A DNA stretch of 19,072 nucleotides from Tubiluchus corallicola (GCA_030141605.1 JAQGDQ010001970.1:1-19072), one strand, 5' to 3'; positions 8,475 to 19,072 are shown, numbered from the stretch's first letter. Program-made: numbers and translations. The notes: generated from the sequence alone by a model not told the origin.

Positions 8475-9589
8475 TCACATTGACATGCTTCTCAATGCAC
8501 AAGAATATTAGAAAGGAAAAAGCGCATAACGTCATTTTATATTGCTTCACCTTAATGATGACTGCAAACTTTAATTATGAATTAACACGTACATCACTGT
8601 GTATTTCCATGTTCTCTAACTCACCCTCTCTCTCCTGCTCCCTCCTTCCCATTCACCATTCTTCTATCTTTGTTTCTCCCCCCCCCCCTCTGTCTGCAGG
8701 TGTGAGGCAAAATTCACAGTAAAATGAAAACAGAATGTGTCAGTGGGTCTCGCCAGGTCGTACAGTCTTTGACAGTATTGTTACCCAGTTTATCATGAAA
8801 GTTATGAGTTATCCAGAGGATGATCCACTTAAAATAAGTATTTAAGGAGGAAATGCCGCGGCCGTAATAACCTGAATCTTATGAAGTCGCACTTAGCTAT
8901 GACACAGTCTTCTTAACGATTAGTAAGAACAATAATTTGAGAAATGAAGCTTTCAGTGATTTGTTTTATGAATGCTTTACTTATATAACAAATTAGACGT
9001 AGACAAATTTGTGATAATCACGTGGATTCATTTTTTAAAGTCTGGAACATGCTCCAACTCTTTCTGCTAAGTAAAATTTCGTAAACGATGGTATAAATTT
9101 TCTGCGAGATGACTCTCTACGCATATATACGAAAATGCAAAAAGAAAAACAGACATTTTGAATTTTATGCGTATAGATGTGTATGAATGAAATTTATTAT
9201 TTATTTCATACATTTATAAGTACATAGCATTGTATAAAAATTAAAAAACATTGAACTACACTATAAAATTATCACAGAAACTAATAAAATACATATATAC
9301 ATACATACGAACCCAGACACAAAATATAAATGAGTGTGGTATCTTAAATTTGCTTGGTACTTCCTCCTAATGCAGTTTAATTATAAGTAAGTTCATATAT
9401 GCAACTGCTAACTGCACTAGAGGCTGAATTAATTAGCAGTTATGGAGATATAAAATATTTCAATGGAAGTAACCAATCCTTGGTTTATTTTTCCACTTCT
9501 GATTTATTAATTTTTTGGCTGGTGCATCACATAAAGGAGAGAGCCATTTTTTGCAATACCATTCTTTGCAATTTTTCATTTCTCTAAAC

Positions 9590-10035
9590 ATTCTTACTTT
9601 CTCCAAAATTTCAAAATCGTCGAGAACAATCTCTACCTAGTTCACCGACGTGCTAGTATACATAATTTCAGACAATGCTTATAAATGATAATTATAAATA
9701 AGTATGTCGTTTGTAACATTCAGGTACTTCAAAACTGCTGCTAAGCCCTTTCTTTTGTATGACGCCTATTGTCAAAAGTGTAATGCGATGTATATTGGTA
9801 GCACAACAGACGCTGCACCACTGACTCACGGAAAATAAGCATTAGATCCTAATTAAAAAGAGTTTAATATATAATAAATAAAAAACATGGAGTATAGTAG
9901 ATTACAATACATATAATTACAAGCAGAAAAGTGTGTCGAGCGATGTGAAACAGTTTTCATAGTTTCAGGACCCAGGTGCGTGACTAATTGGGAAGATGAG
10001 ATTAATCGCTATCGTTACAGGAATCACAGTGATTA
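9590..10035 (+). mobile_element. Degraded Penelope-like element, GIY-YIG endonuclease relic
   Basis: 9752-9808 translates LLYDAYCQKCNAMYIGSTT. After a frameshift it continues TLHH*LTENKH*ILIKKSLIY and later ETVFI...P...NWEDE. This matches the Y..C..C...YIG.T.R.L..R..EH / E..FI....P..N pattern. Boundaries are approximate. Confidence 0.55.
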
Positions 10036-10516
10036 ATATGAGAACTTGACCCGGCTTCTGGTTGCGAAAAAAGGTAAAAGGCAAAACTAAGAAAACGATA
10101 ACCCCAATTTCTGAATCTTATATAATGATAAAACTTCTTATAATGACAACTTTTTGTGACAAAAACAACAACTTCTGAACCCCTAATACAATGAAATCAT
10201 ATTAGTTAACAAACAACTAATACTTTGTACAGCTGATCGATCAAAAAGCATTGCTGATTAGTTTATTTAATTTCAGCAACTTGCGAATAATTTAACGATA
10301 ACAGTCAATAACGTCATCATCTCCATTCACTTTATGACAGTGAAGAGAATCTTGATAAGAAGAATTAATCTTGCCGGCACCTTAAAGCCCAAAATTGTTC
10401 GTGAATTCTTTAGCAAAAGCACAATTTTTCATAGCAAAAATGTGCAGGAGTGACAGATGTTGACAGAAAAGCCATAGTCAAAAGAATGGCCATCAAAAAT
10501 AGTTTAATTTTCTTAC

Positions 10517-10572
10517 CTATCTAATGTGTGCTTCAAAGCCTTGTACCGCAGCTCCTGATATGACGATGGTGT
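10517..10572 (-). CDS. INPP5A: INPP5A internal exon (56 bp): TPSSYQELRYKALKHTLD(R)
   Basis: Acceptor ttttttcag|A and donor TAG|gtaaga. Peptide aligns with vertebrate SPSVYSGIRHKALGYVLDR as recalled. Phases 0/2 fit the neighbouring exons. Confidence 0.9.
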
Positions 10573-11263
10573 CTGAAAAAAAGTGATGCCAATCATTAAG
10601 GTTTGACATCAGCTATAATCCAATATGTACCAGGTGAAGCTGCACGGTGATGGTAAGTTTTTAACTAATTTCAATAAAATTACTAAAATCACAAATTAGA
10701 ATTTTTTGTTGCTTTTTCAATAGATGTCTAGGAAAAATTATTATAAGAATCATCAGTAGTATTTTTGCTTTGTACTTTTATAAATGCTGCCTATATTTAT
10801 TTAGCAGAATTTTTTAGTTTACCTTGGTCTAATTTTGCACTTATGCTGTAAAATGGTTTTCAATATTAATAGATATTATCAATATTGTATGTTATGTGTT
10901 AATGTAGACACACTAGGCACCAAAATGCTTGAAGTTACTGATTTTAGCCTTTCATTGGGCCTAAATAGGTATAAGCATATTATTTATTCATTGAAGACGA
11001 GTTCAAATTGACTGTGAAAAATACTTGATAATTTTCATTGTGGTTGAAATGGTTGAAAGCTTCATTTTTTTAATGTCACAAGCTGTGTGCACCCATCTTG
11101 CTACCCCCTTGGTTGCCGGGCAGTGCCACACTATGAGTCGGACGTGTTTTTGTGTTTACTGTCCAGTCTAATTTGAGCATACCACAAATACAAATATCCG
11201 TCGCAACATTCATAAGTGTCAATTATGTCAAACTAGTCAGTAAACTGTAAGTTATTAACTCAC

Positions 11264-11327
11264 CGTCTGCATAGCTATGAGGTTTGACGCATCGTGGAAC
11301 AGGTGAATATTTATCAAGTCAAATTTC
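11264..11327 (-). CDS. INPP5A: INPP5A internal exon (64 bp): (R)KFDLINIHLFHDASNLIAMQT
   Basis: Acceptor ttctgtttcag|G and donor ACG|gtgagt. NIHLFHDASNL is characteristic of INPP5A. Confidence 0.95.
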
Positions 11328-12287
11328 CTGAAACAGAAGGCGTGAAAGTGAGTTAATATTGCTGTCTGAATCAAGAATGCAACTGTCATGCAACAATGCA
11401 ATATGGCCGTAGTGCCAGAATGTAGTGATTTGTCTCTCTCATGACCATACAGGTTTGCTCATACAGGTTTATACTGGCTTATACAGGCTAATTGGAGATT
11501 AATAGAGGCCAAAGCCGCACCGTTTCAGCTGAGCTCCAGTCGGTTTATGCCTACAGTCGACCTAGCCGATAAGAAACCCAGCTTTAGTCGCGTCAGCCGC
11601 TCAGTGATGGGAGTCCAGCCGGCTGTGAAGATTTTCACTTTTGCCTACGGGCCACTGGCATGGCAGTGTCTAGTATTTTGCGAGATTACTGCTGTGTTTA
11701 CCTGTCTTGAGGACAGATTTCTTTTATTTTAGACCAATGTCTACAATTGATGTAACAATTGATGACGATGAAATCACTGGCTGAAATGTGGCAAACGCGT
11801 AGCGGATTCGCGGTCAGATTGTGCATGTGCTGTAAGAGATACTAAACTTCAGAAATTCTTGAACGAGAAAGATGGTCAATTCAAAATTAATTACATAAAT
11901 AGGCAACGTTAGTCACACGTACGGGATCATTTAGGTGTTTTGGAATTCAACGGTAAGACATAAGCCTCTCCAAGAATTGGTTTTAAATTATATTTCGAAT
12001 AAATCCATTGCCTCTTTATAATAATAAAAAATTGATCTCTAATGCATAATTTGAATTTGTACATCAGCTTTTTTCTGTGTACAAGCAACACAAATTATTT
12101 AAAAGATTTTAAACTAATTTAACAGTTAACTAACAATTTATCACTTATTTACTTAACAAAAATTCGTAGTTTTAGCTGACTTAGCTGATTTTTTCTTTAA
12201 GCCAACTCAGCTGAAAAGTCAGTCAACCTCAGCCGAGCTAGCTGATTTACTGTGTGAGTCAGCTGATGTGATGATGTGGTGATGTGG

Positions 12288-12324
12288 CAACAACAGCAAC
12301 AGCAGCAGTAGCAGCAGTAGCAGC

Positions 12325-12370
<46 letters not shown>

Positions 12371-12372
12371 AT

Positions 12373-12404
<32 letters not shown>
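12288..12404. repeat. Compound trinucleotide microsatellite (CAG/TAG)n-(CAA)n
   Basis: Read directly. Source of the poly-C, poly-L and poly-A/T ORFs in the track. Confidence 0.98.
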
Positions 12405-12405
<1 letters not shown>

Positions 12406-12699
12406 ATTTAAAATACACACACACTATGCATGCTGTCATTTTCAATATGAAAAGACAAACAAAGTAACAAGAATAAAAAACAAGAAGTAACAAGTTTCCT
12501 GAACTGTACTGCTGACTGCAGTTAAACTGATTAAAAACAAACAGAACAAAGAGTAACATTTGTTATCTGATCACAGCTAACCTTAAACGTGTTTGCAGAA
12601 GAACAATATAAAGCTGCTAAGCTAAAAGCAGAAACAAGACTATAGCAGCACAGGCATAGTTGTCAGTGAAAAACAGCTAAGCCAGTTTTTAAAACATAC

Positions 12700-12752
12700 C
12701 TATCCTCTATCCGCCATCTTGTTCTCAGGAAACCTTTCCTAGACCACTTACA
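12700..12752 (-). CDS. INPP5A: INPP5A internal exon (53 bp): CKWSRKGFLRTRWRIED(R)
   Basis: Acceptor ttgtattttcag|T and donor TAG|gtatgt. Matches the INPP5A motif CKWSRKGF.RTRW. Phases 0/2 fit. Confidence 0.95.
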
Positions 12753-13190
12753 CTGAAAATACAAATGATAGCTCGTTAATAACGTAGCAACGAATCCTGA
12801 AATCCATAAAAACTACAATTAGTAACTTTACCAACTAGCAGCCACTAATTAAAACTGGGTTTATTCACTGGCATAATAGATGTGCTGCACACTGTATTGC
12901 CACTGCCACAAATTAATACGATGCTAACAATTTAAAGGAAAACCGGACGATTGTGTAAACATTAGTTCCGAATAAAGAATGCTCTAAAATATTGAAAACT
13001 ACAACAGCTTTCTTTAAATCAAAGCTTAGATTAAATAATAATTACCTCGGATACTCAAATTTTGTTAAACTTTCAAAGCTACGAGCGACTCAGTGAATCT
13101 ACTAAGACTGGCAGCTGCGCCTTTTTGTCACATTCACGTGGCCAACAAATAGAAGGTGGTACCGTGATAATCATAATCATGAACTGCAGT

Positions 13191-13459
13191 GTTAGTTTCT
13201 GACGTCATATGATGTAGAGCCCATTTTTCGTGACGTCACGCGTCTAAACAGTACTGTCACACTTATGCAAACGTGCTTGACGCACAAGGGAAGACGCCTG
13301 CCATTGCACAAACTATGGTTAGTTTCTGATGTCATATGATGTAAAGCCCATTTTTCGTGACATCATGCATTTAAGCATTGCTGTAACACTTATGCAAATG
13401 TACTTGATGCGCAAGGGAAAACGCCTGCCGTTGCACAAACTGTGGTTAGTTCCTGACGT
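13191..13459. repeat. Tandem duplication, 127-bp unit x2.1
   Basis: Units begin GTTAGTT at 13191, 13318 and 13445. I count 17 substitutions between the two full copies. Confidence 0.92.
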
Positions 13460-15101
13460 AAGCAATAGCTGTGTTCGGTTGCCGTTAATTAACTTTCTAA
13501 GGCTAATTATTCAACTATAAGGAACAATTGTTAACTTTATAGGCAAGAGAAAGTATATTTTGAACAGTAAATTAAATGAGATTGAGTCTAAACAATCGTC
13601 CAGTCTTCCTTTAAAAGATGGAAAAACTTATCAGCTTATCTCTAACTGTATTAGATATTTAAAGACATTTATAACACAAACTAAAAAAGTCCTGCAACGG
13701 CTAACTGCATAACATTTTCCAGAAAATTTTGACTTCGGAGTAAATATTTGCTCAGTTGCAACACAAAATGGAAGGCTAGATTAATTTTAAACAAACATGT
13801 TATTGCAACAAGTTAATGAACGTAGTTGATGATGCTCAACTTTGACCATCCTACAAGCAACAAGAGACTTGAACGCGGGACCAAAGCAATTTTGACCGAT
13901 TCTAATTTAGCAAATCGAGAGAATTTTGAAGCAGGTTAAGCTCCACCACAAGTCCTTCAAATTGCCTTGAAGCAAAATTAATTTCACAAATTCCTCTCCA
14001 CATTTTTCAATCTCAAAGCATTTGATGAATGACGAAGTCAACTTGATCGGAACGCAATGTTGCTCGCTAACAAATTTTACGGCAAATTTATATGATTTTC
14101 TGAATTTCCGTCGGAAGAACAAATTTATTGGGCTGCTACTAGACCTCAAATTAGTCATCCAGACGACAGACTAGCTGTCGACAGATGGACTTCAGAAATG
14201 TACATAGCGGTGATTCATTTTACAACAGTGACTTTAAACAGCAAAAACTCTTTCCATTGTTGTTTTCGATTATTTTTTTATTATTCTACAATTACTAACA
14301 TTAAAATAAATCTTTGCTATCATTTCTACATAAACTGACAAATTATTTTAGTCCTTTCAGCAGCAAATAGACACACGAGTATATTTTTAGTATTATTGCA
14401 AGATACTTATTGATACTTAGCAAATTTAATGTGGATGTATCACTTTGACTACGAATGCTTACAGTATTTACTTAATGATAATCCTTGTGCTTTGCATAAT
14501 ATCTACCTGGCTAAATTATCATGTCCTGTCTAAAATTGGCAGAGAGTACATAAGATTTAAGCTTACTCTACTGCCATCAGTTAAGAAGACCTTTGAAGAT
14601 TGCCACCCATCGAAAAGACAGAATCATGTCAAAATATTACTATAATATGTTTTGGACAAAATGCATTCAAGAAACTGTTGCACAGAACTGACCTAGTGTA
14701 GACTAGACTATCTAATCAACAGAAAAACGCCAAGTAAATTTCGACAAACATGATACTAAAATGCCGAAAAAAATGAAAACAGTTGATACAAATCCAATCG
14801 CGGAAGGACTGGAGGTACTAGACTTCCTGTTTGCAAGATGAAACTTAGTTAATAGACTTTGTGAATCTTAGTTAGCAAGTTTCTTTTGTCGAAATGTGTA
14901 AAGACACATAAATTTCTGAATTCTTACTAGCTAGGTCACTGTCACCACCCTGACTTTTGGATGAGCTGTGATAATATTGCCTGTAATATTGAAATAAAGT
15001 AACAGACATTAAACAACATGGCAGGTGCTGTCAGGAAAGTATGCAAACCGTACCGGTATTTCTCACCATTTCGCTCAGCTGTTGAAATGCAAAATAGTTA
15101 C

Positions 15102-15173
15102 CTCAGGGAAAAAGTGTTGAGGAAATTTGTCCTTTTCTTTAGTGGGTATGTCTTCTATATTGCCCGAGTAGAT
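15102..15173 (-). CDS. INPP5A: INPP5A internal exon (72 bp): IYSGNIEDIPTKEKDKFPQHFFPE
   Basis: Acceptor ttttgcttttcag|A and donor GAG|gtaact. Matches INPP5A IYS..LE..P..EKEKFPQ.YFPE. Phase 0/0. Confidence 0.93.
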
Positions 15174-15682
15174 CTGAAAAGCAAAATGGGATTTTCATTA
15201 CACCGGCAGGTCGTTTCGCTAAAGTGAGAGCGCAGCAATTAAAATAGCATTTCTGTGAGACAACAACAGATGCTACACAGAATCCTACACAAATGCGCGC
15301 ATTGAAAAAAAGATAGGTTTCAAATCTGCTGCCAAGACGCTTGGAAACTACAAAAGTTTTACCAGTTTTTCAATTCAAAAATGAGAGCTGCACAAGGATC
15401 TGTCGTCAGTTTTTCTTTCCGATGCCATTGTTTGGCAGTTAAAGTTTCTTTACAAAACTACAAATGCACGCATCATATTTCAAACCAGACTGGAAATATA
15501 CCACAAGTGATAGAAATAGGACAGGCATAACAAAAAATTCTCGACAAAGTAAAATGTAAAATTAATGCGTAGTGGAAATTTTTGGTGAATTCTGCGAGGA
15601 AGCCTTGATGCAAAAATTTCCAGATGTATAAATTACACTAATAATAAAAGCATTAGTAAATGTAAGTTCTTGTATACACTGT

Positions 15683-15779
15683 TAAAAGTACAGACAATAT
15701 TATTAACAGGGTATATTTATAAGTTTTTATAAAAGTACAGACAATATTATTAACAGGGTATATTTATAAGTTTTTATAA
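15683..15779. repeat. Perfect 47-bp tandem duplication
   Basis: AAAAGTACAGACAATATTATTAACAGGGTATATTTATAAGTTTTTAT at 15684 and 15731. Confidence 0.95.
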
Positions 15780-16519
15780 GTTTATTTATTTCCACTCTGC
15801 ATCTAACAGTTATAATAAAAATACCGATAATTTCACTGAAGTAAATATAAATATAAATGCAACATTATCCAGAAATTACAAAAGAGATTCTTATGCAGCA
15901 TATACATGTGCAAATTGCATTACAGAGTAATTTTGATGCATACAGTTTGAGCCTAAAAGCGTAGCTTGACAGGCCAAACTGCACGTGGAAATCTTAAAGA
16001 AGTGATTAATAATTGAAATAATGATAATATATACATAAAAGTGGGGGGGGGAGTAGTGAATGAAAGATGAAATGCAGCGAGAACTAAGAAAAACAGTGAT
16101 CATGATTATAAAGTATTCAGTATCCTGTTGAGCAAAGTCACGTTTTATTAAGATTACTGTTGAAAAAGAATGCAGGCGGTTACCATTATTAATCGGCAAT
16201 GTGCTTTACTATATTAAAGCATCACTAAACAGTAACTAATACCAATGAATATGAAATAAAGGCTTCCATAAATGCTTATCAATCTTTAACTTGCCTAATT
16301 TGCTTGGAATGGTGCATTGCAAAAATATCACTTTACAAACCAGGCCTTGAAATTCAGTTCGTAAAAATTCCACTCGCAATATTTTCCATGATACAGTAAT
16401 TTAGTAATACACGGAATTAAGAAATAATTGTTTTCACTTTGAAAAATCATGTTTGAATTTGTCGTAATGCTGTAATTTGATGGCGCCACCTGCAAAGCTA
16501 AACTCTGGTGACTAGCAGT

Positions 16520-17022
16520 TGCAGTGTAGCATCTTGTAACAATGCAATGCCTGCCACTAGCAATACATCATTTAACACTGACTTTGTAGTGTGCAAAGCA
16601 TGGAAAAGCAATGCCTAAACTGCAGTGTAGCATCTCACAACAATGCAATGCCTGCCACTAGCAATACATCATTTAACACTGACTTTGTAGTGTGCAAAGC
16701 ATGGAAATGCAATGCCTAAACTGCAGTGTAGCATCTTGTAACAATGCAATGCCTGCCACTAGCAATACATCATTTAACACTGACTTTGTAGTGTGCAAAG
16801 CATGGAAATGCAATGCCTAAACTGCAGTGTAGCACCTTGTAACAATGCAGTGCCTGCGACTAGCAATACATAATTTGACATTGATTCTTGTAGTGTGCAA
16901 AGCATGGAAATGCAATGCCTAAACTGCAGTGTAGCACCTTGTAATAATGCAATGCCTGCCACTAGCGATACATAATTTGACATTGATTCTTATAGTGTGC
17001 AAAGCATGGAAATGCAATGCCT
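16520..17022. repeat. Minisatellite, 5 copies of a 101-102 bp unit
   Basis: TGCAGTGTAGCA... starts at 16520, 16621, 16722, 16823 and 16925. Confidence 0.97.
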
Positions 17023-17032
17023 CTGGGTGTTG

Positions 17033-17710
17033 CACTTGCAATACTGCATGTTGTAATAATGCAATGTCTGTCATTTGCAATACTGCATGTTGTAATAATG
17101 CAATGTCTGTCATTTGCAATACTGCATGATGTAATAATGCAATGTCTGTCACTTGCAATACTGCATGATGTAATAATGCAATGTCTGTCACTTGCAATAC
17201 TGCATGATGTAATAATGCAATGTCTGTCACTTGCAATACTGCATGATGTAATAACGCAATGTCTGTCACTTGCAATACTGCATGATGTAATAATGCAATG
17301 TCTGTCACTTGCAATACTGCATGTGGCAATAATTCAATGTCTGTCACTTGCAATACTGCATGTTGTAATAATGCGATGTCTGTCACTTGCAATACTGCAT
17401 GATGTAATAATGCAATGTCTGTCACTTGCAATACTGCATGATGTAATAATGCAATGTCTGTCACTTGCAATACTGCATGATGTAATAATGTTATGTCTGT
17501 CATTTGCAATACTGCATGTTGTAATAATGCAATGTCTGTCACTTGCAATACTGCATGTGGCAATAATTCAATGTCTGTCACTTGCAATACTGCATGTTGT
17601 AATAATGCGATGTCTGTCACTTGCAATACTGCATGATGTAATAATGCAATGTCTGTCACTTGCAATACTGCATGTTGTAATAATGCGATGCCTGTCACTT
17701 GCAATACTGC
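17033..17710. repeat. Minisatellite, 39-bp unit (CACTTGCAATACTGCATGATGTAATAATGCAATGTCTGT), about 17 copies
   Basis: Read directly. Explains the 13-aa periodic ORFs on both strands. Confidence 0.98.
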
Positions 17711-18037
17711 TTTCTGGCATTGATTTCTATAGCAGCAAAACATGACAATGTAGTGAAAGGAGTTCAGACACTATTATTTACAACACCAGCAAACGAGGTG
17801 GTAACTTGCAATGCTGCTTTATTGCAACCCTACAACATGTCAAAATTTGACGTCAAGTTGATACTGATAGCAGATGCAGCACAACAACATGACACAGCAA
17901 CATTGCAATTCTATGTTACGAAGCATAGTGTCAAACGTGTAGTGTGAAAGGTGTAGTGTGAAACATTGCAATAGTGTTAGTTCTAGCGACTTAGTTTTAC
18001 GGTTGCACATTGTACAGATTAAGCTAATTAATCTCAC

Positions 18038-18069
18038 CTGTCGATCGTCCAAAACTTTAAACCGTGATT
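18038..18069 (-). CDS. INPP5A: INPP5A internal micro-exon (32 bp): (x)SRFKVLDDRQ
   Basis: Strong acceptor ttttctcatttcag|AA and donor CAG|gtgaga. Ends in phase 0, joining IYSGNIE. Length equals the 11-residue segment before IYS in vertebrate INPP5A, but sequence similarity is low. Confidence 0.72.
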
Positions 18070-18304
18070 CTGAAATGAGAAAATATTTATTATAAACAAA
18101 AGCTACACAAAATATCATAATAAACTCTTACTCTTTAGGGGATAGTGATGTATTATTTTAGTAATGCATTGTTTTACAATAATACGCCTAACAAAAACCC
18201 ATCTGACACTCAACTTATAATTTCCGCTTTTTTAGAAGATTAGTTCCTAAGCATTATGCTGCGCAGGAACTGCTGCCTTGTCTATATTAAGCAGATGTCA
18301 ACCT

Positions 18305-19072
18305 GAATTAATAGTCCCTAGACACACTTACAAAACTCTGCCCTTCTACAGACAGTATGTTCATCTAAACTAACCACAAAGTAGTCACACTTTGAGAACC
18401 AACAATTGCCTAACATCGTGAATTAATAGTCCCTAGGCATACTTACAAAACTCTGCCCTTCTACAGACAGTATTTTCATCTAAACTAACCACAAAGTAGT
18501 CACACTTTGAGAACCAACAATTGCCTAACATCGGGAATTAATAGTCCCTAGACATACTTACAAAACTCTGCCCTTCGACAGACAGTATTTTCATCTAAAC
18601 TAACCACAAAGTAGTCACACTTTGAGAACCAACAATTGCCTAACATCGTGAATTAATAGTCCCTAGGCATACTTACAAAACTCTGCCCTTCTACAGACAG
18701 TATTTTCATCTAAACTAACCACAAAGTAGTCACACTTTGAGAACCAACAATTGCCTAACATCGGGAATTAATAGTCCCTAGACATACTTACAAAACTCTG
18801 CCCTTCGACAGACAGTATGTTCATCTAAACTAACCACAAAATAGTCACACTTTAAGAACCAACAATTGCCTAACATCGTGAATTAATAGTCCCTAGACAT
18901 ACTTACAAAACTCTGCCCTTCGACAGACAGTATGTTCATCTAAACTAACCACAAAATAGTCACACTTTAAGAACCAACAATTGCCTAACATCGTGAATTA
19001 ATAGTCCCTAGACATACTTACAAAACTCTGCCCTTCGACAGACAGTATTTTCATCTAAACTAACCACAAAAT
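18305..19072. repeat. Minisatellite, 115-bp unit, about 6.7 copies, runs off the right edge
   Basis: GAATTAATAGTCCCTAG starts at 18305, 18420, 18535, 18650, 18765, 18880 and 18995. Confidence 0.98.

Noticed and set aside
10630-10660. Plus-strand donor ATG|GTAAGT near the INPP5A exon
   Set aside because: No convincing acceptor or coding frame pairs with it; could be chance.
12197-12559. Poly-Cys, poly-Leu and poly-Ala/Thr ORFs, or a polyglutamine exon
   Set aside because: Intronic microsatellite with no flanking splice signals or coding context.
15018-15227. 69-aa plus-strand ORF
   Set aside because: Antisense to the INPP5A exon at 15173-15102 and has no recognisable product.
16919-17745. 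274-aa and 242-aa repeat ORFs on both strands
   Set aside because: A 39-bp unit lacking stops in those frames is open by default, and there is no non-repetitive domain.

Overview
Eukaryotic (invertebrate animal) AT-rich genomic DNA, not prokaryotic. The whole window lies inside a minus-strand, multi-exon gene that the ORF track misses. Six short GT-AG exons (18069-18038, 15173-15102, 12752-12700, 11327-11264, 10572-10517, 2212-2128) splice in frame to about 120 aa of type I inositol-1,4,5-trisphosphate 5-phosphatase (INPP5A), with the motifs CKWSRKGF, NIHLFHDASNL and YFVFGDFNFRLD. Nested antisense in its 8.3-kb intron (2213-10516) is a tandem pair of intronless, unusually short ionotropic glutamate receptor / ionotropic receptor (IR)-like channel genes that lack an amino-terminal domain (4516-5946, 7086-8474). 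The paralogues are a mosaic: near-identical over M1 and S2, but diverged over S1, the pore loop/M3 gate and the C-tail. Copy 2 also carries a frameshift in its tail. The remaining intron sequence holds five minisatellite arrays (36, ~89, 101, 39 and 115 bp units), a tRNA-derived Meta-type SINE, probable LINE-endonuclease and Penelope GIY-YIG relics, short duplications and a CAG/CAA microsatellite. Family assignments come from recalled motifs; no searches were run.
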